Origin: an uncultured Thermofilaceae archaeon
GTDB lineage: Archaea; Thermoproteota; Thermoprotei; Thermofilales; B69-G16
DNA length: 64,000 bases
Direction: 5' to 3'
Assembly (NCBI GenBank): GCA_964501905.1
Contig: CAZCTW010000006.1
Location: 4,311 to 68,310, forward strand
Position numbers and translations under genes: made by a program. Shown one piece after another: positions 21,736-31,356 of this stretch (position 1 is the first letter of the stretch; every line of letters starts with the position of its first letter). Below the pieces are notes generated by a model. The model saw only the letters and a list, made by a program, of their open reading frames with translations, was not told the DNA's origin and searched no databases.

Positions 21736-21788
21736 CTGTGATGAGGCGAGCAGAAACTGATTAATGATGTCTGCCAAACCGGCTGAAA
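21736..21788 (+). ncRNA. C/D-box sRNA (2'-O-methylation guide)
   Basis: C box GTGATGA 21738-21744, then a 12-nt spacer (ggcgagcagaaa), then D' CTGA 21757-21760. C' ATGATGT 21764-21770, then a 12-nt spacer (ctgccaaaccgg), then D CTGA 21783-21786. It starts 3 nt after the ipk stop. Confidence 0.65.
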
Positions 21789-22160
21789 TGTACGTAAAGT
21801 TTATATATCAGTTATTCACATTAAGTCTTGGATGAAGCGGATAACCTGGTGGTTATCCGCAGAGGGAGATAAATAGATGATCCCGTGGGGTCGGACCCCA
21901 AATCAGTGACGGCGTTGTACAAGGTACAGCGTGCTCAATTCAACGCTAATTCGTGCTCTATTGTTTAATATTGAGCTACTCCGATGATTATTGTAACGAA
22001 GAGTTTACCGGTACCCCCGGGGGTAAGTATTAGAGTAATCGTTAATTAAGTTGGGGAATGTACTGCCGTCAATGCAACTAAAGATTTCAATGAACATTGA
22101 AGCCTACGCCTTCACTGATACAGCGCGTCATTTTTAACGCCCGAGAGGGGTTATCCGACC

Positions 22161-23069
22161 CTATCCTATTTCTTTTATATCTCCCATAACTTCTTGAGCC
22201 CTTTTCCTAACCTCCGACCTACTGGCAAAACCGTTTAAGCCTGGTTTTTCAACTAGAAAAGAGCTCGCAGATGTAGCCATAGCGGCTGCCTCATATATGT
22301 CTCCACTCCTATAGTACTCTATAGTGAAAACCGTAGTGTAAACGTCGCCGCAGCCAGTAGCGTCTACCATCTTTCTAGGTTTTACCGCCGGGACATAGAG
22401 TAATCTTCTCTTCATCGCCACGTAGCTTCCTCTCTCCCCCATGGTTACTAACGCTATACCACACCCCATCTCCACTAGTTTTTTGGCAGCTTCTGCGGGA
22501 TTTTCTACGTTAATTGCTATTTTAGCCTCGTATTCTTCGGCGTGTAGGATATCTACATGTTTTACTATTTCTTTTAGCATAGGATTAGGTTTTAAAGTTA
22601 TAGAACCATCTCTTTCTTTAAACCTTAGGTAGCCCTGTATGTCTAACGCTGTCATGCTGGCTTCCCTAGAAATGTACTTGAGGGTTTCTAAAGGGACTTC
22701 CCCTGCTACGGCCCCTACTAAAACTAGTTTCTTATGGAGCACGGGAGGCAGATTTTCTACGAGTATATCCGGGCTTCTGCTCAGCAAGTAGAGTTTCCTA
22801 TTCATGTGCTCGTCATATAGGAGCCTGAATCGCGTAGTTCTGCCTTTAAAGCGATGTATATAGGCTATATCTATACCGTTTCTGGCAAGAAAAGTGAGGT
22901 ATTCGTCAGGGAAATCCGAACCAACAATAGAGACTATTACCGGCCTAGTTCCGTGCCTTAACGCAGTAAAACTGCCGTATACAACGCTACCCCCCAGCGA
23001 ACGTTTCCTACTGCCATCAGGGTAGATAATGGTGTCCACTACTACGTGCCCTACGAGCACTATGTCCAT
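22161..23069 (-). CDS. PfkB-family carbohydrate/nucleoside kinase
   Basis: 302 aa with an N-terminal GG dipeptide region (SLGGSVVY) and PfkB signature 2 (DATGCGDVYTTVF). Confidence 0.85.
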   Translation of the reverse strand: MDIVLVGHVVVDTIIYPDGSRKRSLGGSVVYGSFTALRHGTRPVIVSIVGSDFPDEYLTFLARNGIDIAYIHRFKGRTTRFRLLYDEHMNRKLYLLSRSPDILVENLPPVLHKKLVLVGAVAGEVPLETLKYISREASMTALDIQGYLRFKERDGSITLKPNPMLKEIVKHVDILHAEEYEAKIAINVENPAEAAKKLVEMGCGIALVTMGERGSYVAMKRRLLYVPAVKPRKMVDATGCGDVYTTVFTIEYYRSGDIYEAAAMATSASSFLVEKPGLNGFASRSEVRKRAQEVMGDIKEIG

Positions 23070-23071
23070 AA

Positions 23072-23485
23072 TTATTCTCCCATAACTTCGATAACTACGC
23101 GTCTGAAACTCCTAGGCCCGTCCATCTCAAGGAGGAATATATTCTGCCAAGTGCCCCTCACTATTCTTCCATCTCGAACTGGGAAAATTCTGGTAGACGA
23201 AATAAAAGCTGAGCCTAGGTGAGCCGCGGCGTTGTCGTCTATTCTGTTGTGGAGCCACCTCCCGTCGCGCGGATAATCTTCTTCCACTTTCGTTAAGATA
23301 TCGCGCATTAGCCCGGATTCATGCTCATTAGCTATTATCGCCGCTGTTGCGTGAGGAGCGTGTATTAAGCATATGCCATTTCTAATTCCGCTCTCCGCTA
23401 CCACACGCTCGACCTCATAGGTTATGTCGACTAGCTCTAATCTCTTGCTCGTGGATAGGGTTAATTCTTTAAAGTATACTTTCAT
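23072..23485 (-). CDS. YjbQ/UPF0047 family protein (secondary thiamine-phosphate synthase)
   Basis: VDITYEV..., HATAAIIANE, AHL and GTWQNIFLLE match the family. Met17 was chosen as start because GGTGAT lies 3 nt upstream. The longest ORF reaches 23533. Confidence 0.85.
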   Translation of the reverse strand: MKVYFKELTLSTSKRLELVDITYEVERVVAESGIRNGICLIHAPHATAAIIANEHESGLMRDILTKVEEDYPRDGRWLHNRIDDNAAAHLGSAFISSTRIFPVRDGRIVRGTWQNIFLLEMDGPRSFRRVVIEVMGE

Positions 23486-23626
23486 AGTATCACCTAGCTT
23501 TAATTCCCCATCAGTAATATATATCTCACTCAATTGAAAAATATTTAATCAAAAATGAAAAGCTCAGATTAATAGGAAAAAGCTTAGATTAAGCTTTTAT
23601 ACCCCCACACAAAATTTAGTTCATAG

Positions 23627-24859
23627 ATGGTTTTTATGTCCGAGATTGTTGATGACATTCTTAGGGGTATTAGGGATGCCCGTAGACTTCTCGCACCTAT
23701 AATCCACAGAACTCCTCTCGATCGCTCGCTTACCTTCTCTAGAATGACTGGCGGCGATATATACCTCAAACTCGAAAATCTGCAAAAAACGGGGGCTTTT
23801 AAGGTACGCGGCGCCTACTACGCTCTCTGGAAGAAAAGGCAGAAAAGAAAGTTTGATGTCTGTGTGGCCGCTTCCTCGGGTAATCATGCTCAAGGAGTAG
23901 CCTTCGCCGCTTCTCGGCTCGGAATTAAATCAATAATAGTCATGCCAGAATACACTTCAGTAGCTAAAATACAGGCGACGCAAGGTTATGGAGCCGAAGT
24001 AGTCCTTCACGGCAGAACCTACGACGACGCCTACGAGAAAGCTGTCCAGATAGCCGAGGATATGAACGCGGTCTTCATCCACCCTTTCGACGATAAACAC
24101 GTTATCGCCGGTCAGGGCACTATAGGAACTGAGATAGAGGAAGATCTGCCGGACGTAGAAGTCGTTATAGTCCCCGTTGGCGGGGGAGGACTTATCTCCG
24201 GCATAGCCGTGGCTTTAAAACATTTAAAGCCTAGAATTAAGATATACGGGGTTCAAGCTAAAGGAGCTCCTTCCATGGTCGAATCCTTCCATAAGAAGAA
24301 GAGAGTTGAAATAGAGAAAGTAGATACAATAGCGGATGGCATAGCCGTTAAAAAGCCGGGAGAACTCACCTTTAAGATAGTCGAAGAATACGTAGATAAT
24401 ATGGTCACAGTAGACGATAACGAAATCATTAGAGCTATGTTCCTATTGCTTGAGAGATCGAAAACCTTAGCCGAGCCTGCGGGCGCCGTTGGGGTCGCCG
24501 CTGTTTTAAGCGGAAAAATAGATGTGAGCGGTAAGAAGACAGCAATTGTAGTCAGCGGGGGCAACGTGGATATGCCCCTGCTATCCCATATAATCCAGAA
24601 AGCCCTGGTAGTTGAGGGGAGGGAGGTGAGATTAAGAGGTGTACTGCCGGACCGCCCAATATTCCTAAAGGAAGTTCTTGAAGTAGTCTCTACTATGCGT
24701 GTTAACATAGTTTCGATAAGCCACGACAGGGTAAATCCGGATTTGCCTCCGGGAAAAGCTGAGGTAGAGCTTACTCTAGAAACGCCGCCAGGTTTCGATC
24801 TTAAACGTTTGCTGAAAGAGCTTAAAAATAAGGGGTTTGAATTTAAAGAGGTAGGGTGA
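23627..24859 (+). CDS. ilvA: Threonine ammonia-lyase (threonine dehydratase) with C-terminal ACT-like domain
   Basis: PLP-lysine motif TGAFKVRGA, SSGNHAQGVAFAA and the glycine loop VPVGGGGLISG. A C-terminal regulatory domain of about 80 aa follows. Confidence 0.9.
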   Translation: MVFMSEIVDDILRGIRDARRLLAPIIHRTPLDRSLTFSRMTGGDIYLKLENLQKTGAFKVRGAYYALWKKRQKRKFDVCVAASSGNHAQGVAFAASRLGIKSIIVMPEYTSVAKIQATQGYGAEVVLHGRTYDDAYEKAVQIAEDMNAVFIHPFDDKHVIAGQGTIGTEIEEDLPDVEVVIVPVGGGGLISGIAVALKHLKPRIKIYGVQAKGAPSMVESFHKKKRVEIEKVDTIADGIAVKKPGELTFKIVEEYVDNMVTVDDNEIIRAMFLLLERSKTLAEPAGAVGVAAVLSGKIDVSGKKTAIVVSGGNVDMPLLSHIIQKALVVEGREVRLRGVLPDRPIFLKEVLEVVSTMRVNIVSISHDRVNPDLPPGKAEVELTLETPPGFDLKRLLKELKNKGFEFKEVG

Positions 24860-24865
24860 CCGCTT

Positions 24866-25249
24866 ATGACTAAGGAAATTGTGTATACGGAAAAGGCGCC
24901 TAAACCTATAGGTCCTTACTCTCAGGCGGTAAAAGCCGGTCCTTTCCTCTTCGGCTCCGGGCAAATACCGATAAACCCGGAGACCGGCGAAATAGTAAAA
25001 GGGGGTATTAGGGAGCAGACTAGGAGAGTTATGGAGAATATAAAAGCAGTGTTGGAGGCGGGCGGTTACAGCTTAGAGGACGTGGTCTCTGTCTTCGTAT
25101 TTTTAAGTGATTTGAAAAATTTTAAGGAATTTAACGAGGTCTACGGTGAATATTTTAAGGAAGCTCCCCCGGCGAGGACTACGGTTCAAGTTGCTCGCTT
25201 GCCTAAAGATGTGCTTCTCGAAGTTAGCTTTATCGCCTATAAAGAATAG
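24866..25249 (+). CDS. ridA: RidA (YjgF/UK114) enamine/imine deaminase
   Basis: 127 aa. GPYSQAV...GQIP...[12 protein letters not shown] is typical of RidA. It lies 6 nt downstream of ilvA. Confidence 0.9.
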   Translation: MTKEIVYTEKAPKPIGPYSQAVKAGPFLFGSGQIPINPETGEIVKGGIREQTRRVMENIKAVLEAGGYSLEDVVSVFVFLSDLKNFKEFNEVYGEYFKEAPPARTTVQVARLPKDVLLEVSFIAYKE

Positions 25250-25260
25250 GAATTAGTAGT

Positions 25261-25929
25261 ATGGAGTGGTTGGTAGACTGGCTTTACGATCTAGCGTTGA
25301 AGTACGGGTATTTAGGAGCTTTCATAGTATCAGTGCTAGGCAATTTGCTGCCTTTTATGCCTATACCCTATCTAGCAGCTATATTTCTGTTTACCGCGAA
25401 TGTGCCCGGAGTAGATCCCCTTTTGGTCGGGCTAGTCAGCGGTATAGGTGGGGGCGTAGGTAAGCTAATAGTTTTCTTTACGGGATGGGGGATCTCGAAG
25501 TTTTTAAGCGATGAGCAAGAGAAGCAGATGGAGGCTTTTAAAAAACTCTTGGGGAACTACGGTGCTTTAGCGGCATTTCTTTTCGCGGCGACGCCTTCGC
25601 CGGACGATATAGTCATAATTCCTTTGGGCTTAATTAGATATAATGCATGGAAGTTTTTCGCGGCTATAACAGCCGGTAAAATAGTGATTAGCATCGCTAC
25701 CTCTTATTTCGGCTTATTCTTCGGCGAAATTTTCGGCGAGTGGGGCGTAACGGGTAGCCTAATCGCCTCTGTTCTCTTCCTAGCGATCTTTACCTGGGTT
25801 CTATTTAAGATAGACTGGGTCAAGGTCATGCTCGTGATAAATGAAAAGGGTTGGATAGGATTTCTGAAAATTATTCGTAGCGGCGATTGGCATATTTTTT
25901 TAGTAAAAAAATCTAAGTCCTCGAAATAG
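25261..25929 (+). CDS. DedA/VTT-domain-like membrane protein
   Basis: 222 aa, multi-TM, with loose similarity to the SNARE-associated/DedA family. The family call is tentative. Confidence 0.6.
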   Translation: MEWLVDWLYDLALKYGYLGAFIVSVLGNLLPFMPIPYLAAIFLFTANVPGVDPLLVGLVSGIGGGVGKLIVFFTGWGISKFLSDEQEKQMEAFKKLLGNYGALAAFLFAATPSPDDIVIIPLGLIRYNAWKFFAAITAGKIVISIATSYFGLFFGEIFGEWGVTGSLIASVLFLAIFTWVLFKIDWVKVMLVINEKGWIGFLKIIRSGDWHIFLVKKSKSSK

Positions 25930-26089
25930 TCCACTTCAAATATTTTGATCCTTTTTACTGAAAGCAACTACGGGTATAAGACCTCATATTAACGCCATTC
26001 TCTTTCTGGAGGAGGAACTAGAGTCTTCGCCGGCATTCTCACTACCTAACAGGTTTGATAAGTATCGCTGAAATTTTATTGACGAACTC

Positions 26090-26425
26090 TTGAAGACTGT
26101 GACTGCTTTTATACAACTTAATCCTGTTATGAAATTGTTAAATAGGGCCTTATGTTATCCTTCTGCGATGACAGAGCGTAAAGACTGGAAGTATGAAGTT
26201 CCAGTAGTGAAGCTACCTCGGGCAATGAAGGTGCCGAAGAGTATCACAGAGCAGTTGAAGGGTTTAGGATCTAGGAAATTTATTAGTCAATTAAAGAAGG
26301 AAGCTGTCGACTGTCCGGTGCTCGGCAAAAGGAGATCCTTCTTAGAATGTTATGTCTGTAGCAATTTCGTTAGGAGGATTAGGGGGGTAGTATACTGTAG
26401 AGGCCTTCCCCTAAAAGAACAATAA
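26090..26425 (+). CDS. Hypothetical Cys-containing small protein
   Basis: ORF with a TTG start; internal Met starts are possible. Cys residues (CPV...CYVC...C) suggest a small metal-binding domain. No family was recognised. Confidence 0.4.
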   Translation: MKTVTAFIQLNPVMKLLNRALCYPSAMTERKDWKYEVPVVKLPRAMKVPKSITEQLKGLGSRKFISQLKKEAVDCPVLGKRRSFLECYVCSNFVRRIRGVVYCRGLPLKEQ

Positions 26426-26442
26426 TTTAACTTTTTTAATGT

Positions 26443-27156
26443 TTAATAATACACTGGGACGTAGTAGTATCGGTATATTATCCTCCGCCTTTTAGGCCTT
26501 ATTCTCAATAGCTTCACTATCAATACTCCCGTTATGAAGCCCCCTATGTGCGCCCAGAAAGCTACGTTAGAGAATAACCCAGTCAAGGACCATACACCCA
26601 TTAGGAACTGATATAGAAACCACATGCCTATATAGTAATAGGCGGGGATGGTTACTATAGTTATTATCCAAGTCATTACGAGAGTTCTTATCCTAGCACG
26701 CGGGTAAAGAACCATATAGGCTCCTAAAACCCCCGAAATTGCTCCCGAAGCCCCCACTGCCGGTATTCTTAGGTTTAGTGTTCTCACGGTAGGGAGGGAT
26801 ACCATTATGGACATTATGTGGAAGAAGGATGCTCCAAGCCCGCATAACAGGTAGAATAATAGGTATTTTATTCTTCCGAAGGCATCTTCCACATTATCTC
26901 CAAAGATGTAGAGGTAGAGCATGTTGCCCCCTAAGTGTAGAATATCTGCGTGCATGAACATGCTTGTTATTAAAGTCCATAGTCTACGCCCGTGTACGAT
27001 GTATATGGGTATTACGCCTAGCGTTTCTATAGCATTTTCCAAAGAGGTTATTCCTTGGAGGAAGAAGTAGAAGAAAACTATCACGTTTATTATTATAAGT
27101 ATATAGGTTATTATTGGAGTAGTGTAAGATCGATTTTCATCGTAAAGCGGTAACAC
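26443..27156 (-). CDS. Rhomboid-family intramembrane serine protease
   Basis: 237 aa with 6-7 TM helices. Catalytic GASGAISGVLGAY (GxSG) and the downstream HIGGFITG histidine. The HxxxN-region equivalent reads FMHADILHLGGNML. Confidence 0.85.
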   Translation of the reverse strand: MLPLYDENRSYTTPIITYILIIINVIVFFYFFLQGITSLENAIETLGVIPIYIVHGRRLWTLITSMFMHADILHLGGNMLYLYIFGDNVEDAFGRIKYLLFYLLCGLGASFFHIMSIMVSLPTVRTLNLRIPAVGASGAISGVLGAYMVLYPRARIRTLVMTWIITIVTIPAYYYIGMWFLYQFLMGVWSLTGLFSNVAFWAHIGGFITGVLIVKLLRIRPKRRRIIYRYYYVPVYY

Positions 27157-27311
27157 GTGAATCCCTCTCCATAACTTTGTTAGCTCGTATATATTATTGT
27201 CTCAGTTTTCCGCCATGCTTATATTTGTTAACGTACTACGTGGATGGTATAGTGATATGGTTTCAGGAAAAGTTAAATTAGATGATTTAAAAAGTTGGAT
27301 GAATTTGCTAC

Positions 27312-27848
27312 GTGGTTAAAATGCCGCGTGGGGATGAGTTTAAAATCTTAGTTGTAGGTCCCTTTAACAGCGGCAAAACCACCCTAATAAACACCGTATG
27401 TGAGGGCAAGGTTGTTAAGACAGAAGCGCCTACGCACGGCTTGTATAGGATGATTAAGGAGATGACTACGGTGGCTCTCGACTATGGCAGGTTTATGTTG
27501 AGAAGCAAGAAGATACACCTCTTTGGAACGCCGGGACAGGAGCGTTTTAGTTTTATGTGGCATGTTTTAGCTAGGGGATTGAACGGGTTTATAATGTTGA
27601 TAGACGGAAATGACCCGGAGAGCTTACCGAAGGCAAGGAAGATGTACGAGCTTTTAGCGTCGCTTTACAGCGTGCCTCACATTATAGTTGTGAACAACAA
27701 AAATGGCAAAACATCGGTTAAAGAAGAAGATATTAGAAAAATCTTAAAGACTAGTGCTCCAGTTAGAATAGCCTCCGCTTTAAATAAAGAAGACGTAGAG
27801 AAGGTAATAGAAGAACTGGTAGAAATGTTAGAACGAGAGCATAAATAA
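27312..27848 (+). CDS. Small P-loop GTPase of the COG2229 (CvnD/MglA-like) type
   Basis: G1 GPFNSGKTT, switch region TTVALDYGR and G3 FGTPGQERF. The start may be ATG 27321. Confidence 0.8.
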   Translation: MVKMPRGDEFKILVVGPFNSGKTTLINTVCEGKVVKTEAPTHGLYRMIKEMTTVALDYGRFMLRSKKIHLFGTPGQERFSFMWHVLARGLNGFIMLIDGNDPESLPKARKMYELLASLYSVPHIIVVNNKNGKTSVKEEDIRKILKTSAPVRIASALNKEDVEKVIEELVEMLEREHK

Positions 27849-27872
27849 GACAGCTCACATACCCTCTACCTA

Positions 27873-29681
27873 ATGGAAAACATAAACTGCCTATTGCTGG
27901 CAGTTATATTACTCTTAGCGCTGCTCTCGCTTAACAGTCCCACTCATTTTGCTGAAAACACCGTTAGGAAATACTCGTTAACTGCCGTGCTGTACCCTCA
28001 AAATTTCACTCTTGATGTATCGCTTGATTTCCATTACACTAACGATAAGCGGGTTTCTTTTACCAAACTATACTTTCATTTTTACCCGAACTCCGCCTAC
28101 TTTCGCGACTATGGCGGACGCCTGGTAAAGATTTCAGTATCTAGCCGAGGAAAGCCTTTGAATTTTAAGTTTAAAAACTACGATGGATCCGTGCTCGAGG
28201 TGGATTTAGCGAGAAAATTGGAGTATCTAGAGAGTGTAGAATTACACATCGAATATCAAGTGGTTATTCCTAAGATGAGAGGACGCTATGGATATTGCAA
28301 CGGAGTTTTTGCCTTTGGAAATTGGTATCCCATACTAGCGGTGTACGACAAGAGAGGATGGAATTTATACCCTTACGTTGCCTATGGCGAATCCTTCTAC
28401 TCAGAAGTTGCATCCTACGACGTTACGATATTGGTGCCTAAGAGCTACGTGGTAGCGGCTACTGGAGAGCTGGTCGAGAAGTATATCAGCGACGACTACG
28501 CCATTTACCACTGGAAAGTAGACTTGGCTAGGGATTTTGCGTGGACTGCTAGCGAAAGCTATGTAGTCAAAAACGCGACTCTAGACTTAAACGGTAGAGA
28601 AGTAAAAGTTTCCGCTTATGTTCTCGAGGTAGATTTCGAGGATTACGAGGACGAAATTCTAACATTTGCATCTAAAGCTTTGAAGATATATTCCAATCTT
28701 TTCGGAGAATATTCATATTCTTATTTTAGACTCTGCCAAGTTTTCGGGGATTTCGCGGGAATGGAGTATCCCGCTCTCGTCATGATATCTGATAACGCTC
28801 TTTCCTCGAGGGAATTCCTTGAAGTTGTAATTGCTCACGAAACTGCCCATCAGTGGTGGTATAACGTGGTCGGCAATGACCAGGCTAGCGAGCCTTGGCT
28901 CGACGAAGCTTTAGCTGAGTATTCTCAAATTCTTTATTTCGAGTATGCCTATGGCCCCGAGAGTTTTAGGGAAATCTATAAGAAATACGTACTTGAACCC
29001 TACTACTCTAACTTTTTGGAAAGATTCTCCCCGCCGATAAGTAGTATTTGGAACTTTAGTGAGGAGAGAGAGTACGTCGTCATGGTATACCTTAGAGGAG
29101 CCGCTACTCTGCACATGCTCCGCTTTCTCATAGGAGACGATAACTTCTTCTACGGCTTAAGAGTTTACTACTCAAGATTTTACTTTAAAACTGCTAAAAT
29201 AGAGGACTTAATCTCTGTATTTGAAGAGATCAGCGGATTAGAACTCGACTGGTTTTTCGAACAGTGGTTGGAAAAAAGCGAAACTCCTGGGCTTGAACTT
29301 GTCTACGCCAGAGCCTACTGGAAAAACGGCGTTTATAGTCTACATCTTCATATCCGCCAACTTAACACTACTCAACCTTACAGGCTATTCGTACCCATCA
29401 CGGTGACTACTACAGCGGGCAGAGTGGAGAAAGTGATAGAACTCCAGAACTTTGAAGAAGAGGTAACGTTAAATATCGAGGAAAAGCCTATAGCTGTGGA
29501 GCTGGATCCTCTAGACGACGTGCTAGGCAGAGATTATAAATCCTTCAGAAAAGTTGAATTTGCAGCTCCCATTAACATCAACGAATCTATCATAGCGGTT
29601 TTTCTACTATGCATTACAGCGTTGTTTATTTTGGTGCGAAAAAGTGCTTTAAGGCGGGTAGTAGAGAATCACGCCAGTTAA
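27873..29681 (+). CDS. M1-family zinc metallopeptidase (aminopeptidase N-like), secreted and C-terminally membrane-anchored
   Basis: HETAHQWWYNVVGND...EPWLDEALAEY is the HEXXH-X18-E motif. There is an N-terminal signal-like helix and a C-terminal TM helix (IIAVFLLCITALFILV). Confidence 0.9.
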   Translation: MENINCLLLAVILLLALLSLNSPTHFAENTVRKYSLTAVLYPQNFTLDVSLDFHYTNDKRVSFTKLYFHFYPNSAYFRDYGGRLVKISVSSRGKPLNFKFKNYDGSVLEVDLARKLEYLESVELHIEYQVVIPKMRGRYGYCNGVFAFGNWYPILAVYDKRGWNLYPYVAYGESFYSEVASYDVTILVPKSYVVAATGELVEKYISDDYAIYHWKVDLARDFAWTASESYVVKNATLDLNGREVKVSAYVLEVDFEDYEDEILTFASKALKIYSNLFGEYSYSYFRLCQVFGDFAGMEYPALVMISDNALSSREFLEVVIAHETAHQWWYNVVGNDQASEPWLDEALAEYSQILYFEYAYGPESFREIYKKYVLEPYYSNFLERFSPPISSIWNFSEEREYVVMVYLRGAATLHMLRFLIGDDNFFYGLRVYYSRFYFKTAKIEDLISVFEEISGLELDWFFEQWLEKSETPGLELVYARAYWKNGVYSLHLHIRQLNTTQPYRLFVPITVTTTAGRVEKVIELQNFEEEVTLNIEEKPIAVELDPLDDVLGRDYKSFRKVEFAAPININESIIAVFLLCITALFILVRKSALRRVVENHAS

Positions 29682-30774
29682 TCCAGTTATGCCCCTGGTT
29701 TACTTTAAGTTTTTCAACATTAAATCCTTCCAACTTCAGTTTTTCGAAAACTTCCATGTTCCGTTCTGCGAGATCTATTCCCAGCACGTGCTCGTATATT
29801 CCCCACTCGAGGAAGACTTTTAGAGACGGACCTGCATATTTTTCCAAGACATCAAAAATATCCTCTTCTACTCGAATGCCTAAACGCCTAAACTCTTCTT
29901 TTTTCAGAAAAACTCCTGACTGACTTATGACTAAACTGAAAATATCTGGATATAGGAGACTTGAGAAGAGAGAAGCTAGGCCTCCTAGGGAGGCTCCTAA
30001 TATACAAATATCCTCGTGATCGACTCTGTAACTCGAGGTTACATGCGGTGTTACTCTGTAGGCTAAAAACTCAGTGTATTCACGATTCATTACGTACTCT
30101 TTTTTGTCAGCGTCTACTAACACAGCTAGAATTGGCGCTATTTCTCCGCTCAATATCGCGTAATCTAGCATTTCGCGTAGCTTAACGTGATTTAAGTAGC
30201 CTATACCTTCGTTAACTATTAATAGTGGGTATTTTCTCCTAGAATACTCATAGCCGGGCGGAGTGTATATGATTACCCGCCTTCCCTCAAAGGCATGGCT
30301 AATGTCTCTAAGGTTTCCGCGGATTCCATAGGCCTCTACGATGTCTGAACGGAGAAATTCCGGCGGTTTATACAGGGGCATTCTAAGTTCTGAGCACGCC
30401 CCGCTCTTTAAGGGGTTATACGGGTCTAAAACTCGCTTGTTGTCGACGACTAGTTTATACTCGAGCCTAGCGTTTAAAGGAAACTCCTTCACTAAGTAGA
30501 AAACGGGGGTTATGCCTACTCTCTCCATAGGGTTTGACTTTGGATCCCATCCGTTCCAGTCTCCGATTACGCTAACCTTGGTGGCAAAGCCTACGTAGGC
30601 GAATACTACTTTGTTTTTGTAGATTATAGGCGATCCATACTTCTTTAGGTAATCGCCTAGTTTTATAGCTAAAGTTTCTTGATCGATTTTCCCCTCTTCA
30701 TACTTCCTTATGTATTCGATTATTTCAGCGGCTTCCTTTCTACACGTCATGCTCCTCAAACCACTTTTCGCCAA
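29626..30774 (-). CDS. Alpha/beta-hydrolase esterase (enterochelin-esterase-like) with N-terminal CBM48/E-set-like domain
   Basis: The N-terminal module is VSVIGDWNGWDP...YKLVVDNKRVLDPYNP. The nucleophile elbow is GASLGGLAS. Confidence 0.8.
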   Translation of the reverse strand: MAKSGLRSMTCRKEAAEIIEYIRKYEEGKIDQETLAIKLGDYLKKYGSPIIYKNKVVFAYVGFATKVSVIGDWNGWDPKSNPMERVGITPVFYLVKEFPLNARLEYKLVVDNKRVLDPYNPLKSGACSELRMPLYKPPEFLRSDIVEAYGIRGNLRDISHAFEGRRVIIYTPPGYEYSRRKYPLLIVNEGIGYLNHVKLREMLDYAILSGEIAPILAVLVDADKKEYVMNREYTEFLAYRVTPHVTSSYRVDHEDICILGASLGGLASLFSSLLYPDIFSLVISQSGVFLKKEEFRRLGIRVEEDIFDVLEKYAGPSLKVFLEWGIYEHVLGIDLAERNMEVFEKLKLEGFNVEKLKVNQGHNWINWRDSLLPALKHFFAPK

Positions 30775-31237
30775 GTTTCATATACGATATTCTAGTTTTT
30801 AATCCTACGTTCTCCTCTACAACTTTCTCTAAGTCCTTTAGACGTATATAACAACGAGTTTTCTCAAGCTTAGAAAAACTGTTAGCAATAGTGGATATTA
30901 TGCTGGCTATCGCCCCAGGAAAATCAGATGGGCGACTATCCCATCTCGCGATTTCAGCTCTTATTGCAGGAAGTAATTTATCCGAGGTTTTAAATTTAGA
31001 GGCAATGAACATCACCGCGTATAGGTACGTGTCCTCTCTCTCCTTTACCGCGTGAACCCAAACTTCTACCTTAAAATTCCTATCCTCAGTGTAAAGTCCT
31101 GAGTAAACATCCATAAAGGCTTTAGATGATACAAAAAGTGGTTTACTTACTAGTCTGTATCCCTTTAACTCAAGCTTATGGGTGCACTCTAAAAGCTTGT
31201 CTAAAAGTACGCTCTTAATATCATCTTCACGATTCAT
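30740..31237 (-). CDS. Hypothetical protein
   Basis: 165-aa ATG ORF co-directional with the esterase gene and overlapping it by 35 nt. No recognisable family. Confidence 0.5.
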   Translation of the reverse strand: MNREDDIKSVLLDKLLECTHKLELKGYRLVSKPLFVSSKAFMDVYSGLYTEDRNFKVEVWVHAVKEREDTYLYAVMFIASKFKTSDKLLPAIRAEIARWDSRPSDFPGAIASIISTIANSFSKLEKTRCYIRLKDLEKVVEENVGLKTRISYMKLGEKWFEEHDV

Positions 31238-31356
31238 TTAGCAGAAAGATAAAGAAAAATAAAATTAAAATTTTGTGCATTAAAGGTATAAGTTAAAGTA
31301 TATGGAAAATGAATTTCTTCGAATATTAAAGTGCCGCTAACTAGAAAACTTAGATG

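Noticed and set aside
22006-22025. GGTACC and CCCGGG sites inside the palindrome, which looked like a cloning-vector polylinker.
   Set aside because: The sequence (TACCGGTACCCCCGGGGGTA) does not match the pUC-type KpnI-SmaI-BamHI polylinker, and no vector-like sequence flanks it. It is treated as a native palindrome.
21837-22135. Possibility that the non-coding segment encodes SRP (7S) RNA or RNase P RNA, given its ~300-nt length and TATA/T-run boundaries.
   Set aside because: No conserved RNase P CR-I (GAGGAAAGTCC) or SRP helix-8 motifs were found. G+C is far too low for a stable structural RNA of a hyperthermophile, in contrast to the GC-rich tRNA at 31.4 kb.
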